Shown one piece after another: positions 58,520 to 64,000 of a stretch of 64,000 nt of DNA. Under the pieces are notes generated by a model. The model saw only the letters and a program-made list of their open reading frames with translations. It did no database searches and was not told the origin of the DNA. Source of the DNA: an uncultured delta proteobacterium (GTDB lineage: Bacteria; Desulfobacterota; Binatia; UBA9968); the NCBI GenBank assembly GCA_963745835.1, contig CAVUZH010000003.1, forward strand, positions 1,344,001 through 1,408,000, given 5' to 3'. Both the position numbers and the translations under genes were made by a program. Numbering within the stretch: the stretch's first letter is position 1; each line of letters starts with the position of its first letter.

Positions 58520-59038
58520 TTAGGCAGAATATGGTCCGAACGTGGTGGCATTCGTGCAGTAATTGTTATTCATATAGGGCTGATATTTGTAGTGCATCTG
58601 CGTGGTCCGAGAGATGGTAGCGGAGTCTGGAGCGTTACCGCCAAACAACCTTAATAACTGATACATAAAGAAGTTATACTGACCTTGTGCAGTCACCTCG
58701 AGAAATTCCATACAGCCCGTGCCTTTGTAAAATGTCACCGTCACCGTTTTGTTGGTTAGATATGCCGGCAACCGGCTCAGAACCTCTGTTTTGACGGTAT
58801 TCGCTTCAGCGGAACTGAAGACTAGATTTGTACTCGGCCCACTTTTTTGGAGTCCGCTACCGATTCGAGCCCCCTCCCGAGCCGCAGTCTGAGTAAGATT
58901 TGCTACGAAAAAAGAAACGCCGAAATCAACGGGTATATAAAGTGCGATCAGTATCAGCGGAGTTATGAGCGCGATCTCTACGATACTTTGACCGCTTTCA
59001 TTTTTTTGTTTTACTTTAGTTTCGTCGCCCGAGTTCAT
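58520..59038 (-). CDS. tadE: TadE-like pseudopilin
   Basis: SG|QSIVEIAL..P, DFG, AAREGAR. Confidence 0.88.
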   Translation of the reverse strand: MNSGDETKVKQKNESGQSIVEIALITPLILIALYIPVDFGVSFFVANLTQTAAREGARIGSGLQKSGPSTNLVFSSAEANTVKTEVLSRLPAYLTNKTVTVTFYKGTGCMEFLEVTAQGQYNFFMYQLLRLFGGNAPDSATISRTTQMHYKYQPYMNNNYCTNATTFGPYSA

Positions 59039-59082
59039 TGATTTGCCTCCTATCTGTCAGGACGCTTCGATCGCAACGCAAA

Positions 59083-59586
59083 TTAACACCCCGCCTGACC
59101 CTCCCACCGCATGCGCGTTTCACGAGTTATTGCTGTATTGCTTAGGTCTCCAGAAGCCCCGAACCACCGTAAGAGTTGATAGAAGAAGAAGTTGTAAGTC
59201 CCGGATACCGTGACCGTCACCATTCGGTTGCAGTTTGTGCCGGTATTAGGATCTAAATCCAGGGTGATGGTAGCAGCTGGAAGGAGCGCCGACGAAAGCC
59301 TGGCTGCCGTTTCCTTGAAGATATTTCCCGTACAAGAAGGCATGACGCAGCTAGCTGTTCCGCTTACGAGCGTCGGATCGGCAGCCGCAATTCTGGCTCC
59401 TTCGCGTGCCGCGTTTTGAGCAAGCTGCCCGGTATAGAACGCAAGTCCAAAGTCTGCCGGTATCCAGGCAACGATCAGCAGAATTAGAAATGTGAGCGTG
59501 AACTCAACAGCAGCTTGGCCGGAGGAACGAAGCAATTTAAGTAAAGGATTTCGGCTAACATGCAGCGGGTATAAACCTGATGGCAT
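59083..59586 (-). CDS. tadE: TadE-like pseudopilin
   Basis: SG|QAAVEFTL, DFG, NAAREGARIAA; start at ATG 59586 after AAGGGAG. Confidence 0.85.
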   Translation of the reverse strand: MPSGLYPLHVSRNPLLKLLRSSGQAAVEFTLTFLILLIVAWIPADFGLAFYTGQLAQNAAREGARIAAADPTLVSGTASCVMPSCTGNIFKETAARLSSALLPAATITLDLDPNTGTNCNRMVTVTVSGTYNFFFYQLLRWFGASGDLSNTAITRETRMRWEGQAGC

Positions 59587-60236
59587 CCATCGACTCCCTT
59601 CAGCTTCAAATTTTGCTCTTTGGCCAACTGCAAATGATGCAACGCTGCAAAATTGCGACAATCAATTGCTAGTTTCAGACCATGACAAATCGCTGTCAAA
59701 ACCGGTACTTTGATTGACACTGTTGTCACTGTCGCGTTCCGATTCGCATATAACGAGTAGCAGACGAACAAAATTGGTCGATTGCGCGGATGTGGAACTG
59801 GTGAGAGAACTCTATCGCAACAGCCCACCTGAGTGATGATCGCGTGGATCAGAGATCCGGCACAAATGAGCTGAGACGAAAGCGCAACCAACGGCGTCTT
59901 TTAGTTGTCTGATGCGAAGTGCCTGACGCTTTAACTGCCTCCGGAGAGACCTCGATTTCGTCGCACTAGAAAAAGAGCAGCGAAGCTAAATTCATCAGGC
60001 AGCGCAAGTCAGATGTATTCTGGTGAAAGATTCTCTTGTTGTACATTGCTGGCAGCAGTAGTGTGGTTTTGAGCAGTCCTCAGCGATTGGTGGCTTCTGA
60101 AATCTCGCAATAGACTGCCCTGCATTGCGTTCAGGCTTGCGAAGCATAATCCATGACAGCCAATACATCGCCGCAAGCGCGAGATAGGCACTTTGCCATA
60201 ACGGTAATTCCCGCTAGGCGGGTAATTCTTTTGCGA

Positions 60237-60581
60237 CTAACAGTTCTCGAATCTTACGCTGGAGGTCCACAAGACGGCTTGACAATCCGTTACAGCCTGC
60301 GTCCAACACGACTTGAGATCCTCAGAACGAACCAGTGCGGTCGTTGCCAAGATAGGTATGTCTTTCGTTTCTCGGGAGGCGCGGAGCGCCCTCGCCACTT
60401 CCCAGCCGTCCATCACCGGCATCATCATGTTCATTAAGATCAAGTCTGGCTTATCTTGGTTAGCCTTTTCAACACCGGCTTTGCCGTCACTCGCCAGAAC
60501 AGGAAGGTAGCCGGTTATTTGTACTCTTAGGGCCAATAGATCGCGCATATCCGAGTTATCTTCTACGATCAAAATCTTCAT
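60237..60581 (-). pseudogene. Degenerate DivK-like single-domain response regulator
   Basis: KILIVEDN, PDLILMN (Asp to Asn); frameshift near LKSC, after which LDAGCNG and VKP lie in other frames. Confidence 0.72.
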
Positions 60582-60950
60582 TATCCCTCCCCGTATTTCG
60601 AATTTGACTACTTCATTGAAGCAACGCGGCGCCGGAAAGAAGAGAATCCTCATGTAGTTCCAAGCTGCGCTTCTTCGCTGGGCTATTAACGAGAGCCACC
60701 TTTGCCCTCAGTTTCTAGAGGACAGCCAATAACTCTGGAGAAATTCGGCACGGGTGGAGGTCTATCTCTGCGGGCGCGATGGCAACTTTGCCTGTTAACT
60801 CAGAGCGATCTCACTCATCGGGTTTATTCGTAGGCCGTATTGGTGAATCGACGGAACGCTATTAGACAAACATCAACAACGCAACGGGCATGCTCAGTGC
60901 TCTAATGAATCGAATGGCAACAAAGATAATGCTCAGATAGGAGATACATA

Positions 60951-61307
60951 ATGAATATCATCTCAAAAGTCTCGATGGGCAAGGCGAGTTTGTTCACGAC
61001 CTACTGGTTTATCTTCTTTCCGATTGCCTTTGTGATCAAACTCGCTGACAAAGCCGGAGCCGGAGGCGAGCAGCTGCTCATCATTCTGCTGATCCCTTTC
61101 CTTTGGTCGCTATATGGCGTCTGGAGATGTGCCTTCAATGTCCGACATTCGATGTGGGGTTATATCGCCAGAGGGTTAATGGTCGTCAACGTTCTAATCT
61201 TCTTTGGGGTTTTCTTTGCCAGCATGGCTAATGAGATCCGCAAGCCGCAGCCGGCAAAGGCCGAGGACTTACGGCAGCGCGACTATATCATAGGAACGTC
61301 CTTGTGA
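60951..61307 (+). CDS. Hypothetical membrane protein
   Basis: AGGAG RBS, three TM segments, GVWRCA motif; weak sigma54-like site at 60886-60901. Confidence 0.7.
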   Translation: MNIISKVSMGKASLFTTYWFIFFPIAFVIKLADKAGAGGEQLLIILLIPFLWSLYGVWRCAFNVRHSMWGYIARGLMVVNVLIFFGVFFASMANEIRKPQPAKAEDLRQRDYIIGTSL

Positions 61308-61481
61308 CTTCATGGAGATGGACGGCGCCATTTAAACTCCGGTTACAGTCCCATTCTCAGGGAACTCAAACACGTACTCCTAGATCTCGGAAGATCGTCC
61401 ATTCCTCACCTAAGCTTAGCGCTTGTCGCCCACGGCGCGTATTGTACGTTGAAATCCCCGGCTGATTGCAAAAGCCTCAAT

Positions 61482-61515
61482 CAATTCTGGATTTTGAATT
61501 TTCGTTTTTAAATTT
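61482..61515. repeat. Heptamer-repeat arm downstream of the 61522-62559 gene
   Basis: aattctggattttgaattttcgtttttaaattt. Confidence 0.6.
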
Positions 61516-61521
61516 GGTCGA

Positions 61522-62559
61522 TCACCGGATTACCTTATCTGCTCTTGCGAGAACCTCCGGCGGGATGATCACGCCGATCTGCTTCGCGGTCTTTAGATTA
61601 ACGACGAGTTCGAACTTCGTCGGCTGCTCGACCGGCAGCTCGGCCGGTTTGGCACCCTTGAGTATTTTGTCAATCATCGCCGCGACACGCTTGAAGGCTT
61701 CGGTCTCATCGGCCCCGTAGGACATCAACCCACCGTTGTCCACAAAGTCCTCGCGATAATAGATTGCCGGCAGACGATACTTTGCTGCCAGGTCGATGAT
61801 CCGTTTTTGGATGGCGCTTGTTTGAGACAAGCGGTGCCGGGTTACTGAAAGAGCCGTGCTTCCCGCTTTGACCGCCTCTTTGAAGCCGCTCTCGTAGTTT
61901 TCGCTGCTGCCAATCTCCATTGAATGAATTTGCAGCCCAAGTTGCCGCGCAGCTCGCTGGCTTTCGGCCCACTGAGGCTCGCTACTTCCAGAGCTTGGGT
62001 ACCATAAGACAGCGACGCGCGAGAGTTTGGCTATGGATTCCTTGAGTGCTTCCACTCGTTTCCCTGCCAAGACATCCGCCAGGGAATAAAATCCCGTCGT
62101 GTTTCCTCCCGGCCGCGCCACACTGGCAACCAAGCCGCGTGCAACTGGATCGAAAGGAGTATCAGTAAAGACAATCGGGATTGTTTTTGTAGCCTTCTTG
62201 GCGGCCAGACCGTCATTTGGACCGCCCGCAACGATGACATCGACTTTAAGGCGCACCAGCTCATCCGCCAAACCAGGAAGCCGCTCGGGCTTCTCTTCCG
62301 CATAGCGGCGCTCGAAGACAATGTTCTTACCCTCTACGTAACCGAGTTCCCGCAGTTCCCGTCGTAGTGCCTCGATGCCGAATGTACTGGAAGATGATCC
62401 CCCGCTGAGTCTTCCTATACGATAAATTTTTCCCTCTTGCTGCGCGTTCGCATAAGGGCATAGCACAAAGAGCAAACCCATCAGTGCCAGACAATAAACT
62501 TCTCGCCTTTGTGATCTTTCGATCCAGAATCGACAATCCAAAATCGAAAATCGCTTCAC
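61522..62559 (-). CDS. ABC transporter substrate-binding protein (ABC_sub_bind family)
   Basis: LRELGYVEGKNI, TKTIPIVF, GGLMSYG, GAKPAELPVEQPTKFELVVNLKTA. Confidence 0.93.
   Translation of the reverse strand: MKRFSILDCRFWIERSQRREVYCLALMGLLFVLCPYANAQQEGKIYRIGRLSGGSSSSTFGIEALRRELRELGYVEGKNIVFERRYAEEKPERLPGLADELVRLKVDVIVAGGPNDGLAAKKATKTIPIVFTDTPFDPVARGLVASVARPGGNTTGFYSLADVLAGKRVEALKESIAKLSRVAVLWYPSSGSSEPQWAESQRAARQLGLQIHSMEIGSSENYESGFKEAVKAGSTALSVTRHRLSQTSAIQKRIIDLAAKYRLPAIYYREDFVDNGGLMSYGADETEAFKRVAAMIDKILKGAKPAELPVEQPTKFELVVNLKTAKQIGVIIPPEVLARADKVIR
62521..62553. repeat. Heptamer-repeat arm at the 5' end of the 61522-62559 gene (encodes RFSILDCRFWI)
   Basis: gatccagaatcgacaatccaaaatcgaaaatcg, inverted relative to 61482-61515. 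Confidence 0.7.
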
Positions 62560-63560
62560 TTGATCACCTTGTCCGCCCGCGCCAATACGCTAGGCGGAAT
62601 CATCAAACCAATCTGCTTCGCGGTTTTTAAGTTGATCACAAGCTCGAACTTCGTCGGCTGCTCCACGGGAATATCGGCGGGCTTCGCTCCTTTGAGAATT
62701 TTGTCGACGTAAGTGGCGGCGCGTCGATAGAGTTCAGGTACATTCACTCCGTAGGACATCAATCCACCGGAATTTACGAACGCATCCGTCCAATAGATCG
62801 CAGGCGTTTTGGTTGCGATCGCCATTGAAACTAACTGCATCCGGTGACCAGCGAAAAACTGACTCGATATCAGGGTCATGGCGTCTAGGCGCTTTTTCAT
62901 GAGAATCGTGGGCAGTTCTTGGACATCCTTAAGCTCGCGCGCGTTAAGAATTTCCACCTTCACCCTTCTGCCGTGCGTCACTCGCTCGACCTCCTTTAAT
63001 TGCGGAGCGCTAATCGGATCAGACGGGTTAGTAAGCACCCCGATCAGCTTCGCCGAGGGGAAAGTTTCCATTAGAAGTTCTGTGCGCTTGCCGCTCAGCT
63101 CGACATTCATGTTGGTGAGGCCCGTCAGATTTCCGCCGGGATTGGCGAGGCTCGCCACCATTCCGGCACCTAGAGGATCAGCAACTAAGGCAAAAACGAT
63201 CGGCGTTGTCGGCATCGACTTCTTGGCAGCCAGTGCCGCGGGCGTAGAGGATGCTAGAACTACATCCGGTTTGAAGCGATCGATCTCTTCGGCCAGCTCG
63301 GCAAGCCTGCCTGCGCGGCCCTCAGCGTTCCAGAGCTCGATTGTAGCGTTTTGGCCGGCGACGTAGCCGAGACGATTCAGCTCTTCGAAAAAAGACTCCA
63401 TATTCGCGCGTTGTTGATCATAGGCGAAAACTGCTATGCGCAAGATTTTGCCTGGCGCCTGCGCCTGAGCGTAAGCACAAAGGGCAAAGAGCAGAGCGCT
63501 CAGGCAGGTAAGCGCAAAGAACAAAGCCCGAAGCCGAAAAGAAATAATGTCTCTGTTCAT
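62556..63560 (-). CDS. ABC transporter substrate-binding protein (ABC_sub_bind family)
   Basis: ASLANPGGNLTG, GGLMSYG, GAKPADIPVEQPTKFEL. Confidence 0.93.
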   Translation of the reverse strand: MNRDIISFRLRALFFALTCLSALLFALCAYAQAQAPGKILRIAVFAYDQQRANMESFFEELNRLGYVAGQNATIELWNAEGRAGRLAELAEEIDRFKPDVVLASSTPAALAAKKSMPTTPIVFALVADPLGAGMVASLANPGGNLTGLTNMNVELSGKRTELLMETFPSAKLIGVLTNPSDPISAPQLKEVERVTHGRRVKVEILNARELKDVQELPTILMKKRLDAMTLISSQFFAGHRMQLVSMAIATKTPAIYWTDAFVNSGGLMSYGVNVPELYRRAATYVDKILKGAKPADIPVEQPTKFELVINLKTAKQIGLMIPPSVLARADKVIK

Positions 63561-63602
63561 GATCCTTTTACTATGCTGTTGCCTAATGGCTATTACCTGC
63601 TG

Positions 63603-64000
63603 TTATCGAATCACCTTATCCGCTCTGGCCAACACATTCGGCGGAATCGCCAGGCCAACCTGCTTGGCGGCATTTAAGTTTATCGCCAGCTCAAACTTTG
63701 CCGGTTGTTCGACCGGTAAGTCGCCCGGCTTCGCGCCTTTTAAAATCTTGTCGACATAAATAGAGAGGCGCCTGAAAACCTCGAGATCATCGGTTGCATA
63801 CGACATCACGCATCCGGCATCTACGTACTGCCGGGCCTCGCACATCGAAGGCAGTCGATTCTTTATGGCCAGATCTGAAATTTGCCTCATATGCGGCCCG
63901 AGCACGGCATGACTCACCGTAATTAGCGCCTGTACTTTTCTCTGAATCGCTTCTCGAATTGCGCCTGCCAAGTCAGGATTCGGACGGGTCACCTGCAGCG
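63603..64000 (-). CDS. ABC transporter substrate-binding protein (ABC_sub_bind family), 5'-truncated by window edge
   Basis: GCVMSYA, GAKPGDLPVEQPAKFEL, VLARADKVIR. Confidence 0.9.
   Translation of the reverse strand, partial: LQVTRPNPDLAGAIREAIQRKVQALITVSHAVLGPHMRQISDLAIKNRLPSMCEARQYVDAGCVMSYATDDLEVFRRLSIYVDKILKGAKPGDLPVEQPAKFELAINLNAAKQVGLAIPPNVLARADKVIR

Noticed and set aside
61466-63759. Plus-strand ORFs at the ends of the ABC SBP genes
   Set aside because: Antisense shadows of the conserved C-terminal coding sequence.

Overview
Bacterial chromosomal window of moderately high GC. The gene content (many orphan TTT/ABC solute-binding proteins, CoA-dependent catabolic genes, heptamer repeats) resembles Candidatus Binatia-type deltaproteobacterial genomes; this taxonomy is inferred, not verified. 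1-17 kb: a minus-strand CoA-dependent catabolic cluster with a two-domain CoA transferase, a nitronate monooxygenase-family flavoprotein, three crotonases, an acyl-CoA ligase, a DUF35/thiolase-fold pair and a complementary acyl-CoA dehydrogenase pair. 17-27 kb: an MFS transporter, small membrane/lipoproteins, TTT receptors, a VOC protein and a hydrolase. 27.5-36 kb: a surface-adhesion locus with a REC-HTH regulator, an orphan PilB/GspE ATPase with MshEN-like motifs, and a 1216-aa Kelch/IPT/6xMBG-like/PxKF adhesin. The adhesin is preceded by a sigma54-like promoter and a c-di-GMP-II-type riboswitch overlapping a terminator, and followed by two start-less alternative PxKF C-termini, each with its own terminator. 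36-47 kb: tctB plus a tandem array of TTT receptors. 47-64 kb: small Zn-finger proteins, a soluble histidine kinase, an SBP/amidohydrolase pair, a second DUF35/thiolase pair, SRAP, orphan tadE-tadE-tadG and three tandem ABC SBPs. Several short-period (mostly heptamer) inverted-repeat elements start within a few nt of stop codons, and one pair brackets an entire gene. No rRNA, tRNA, CRISPR array or transposase was recognised.
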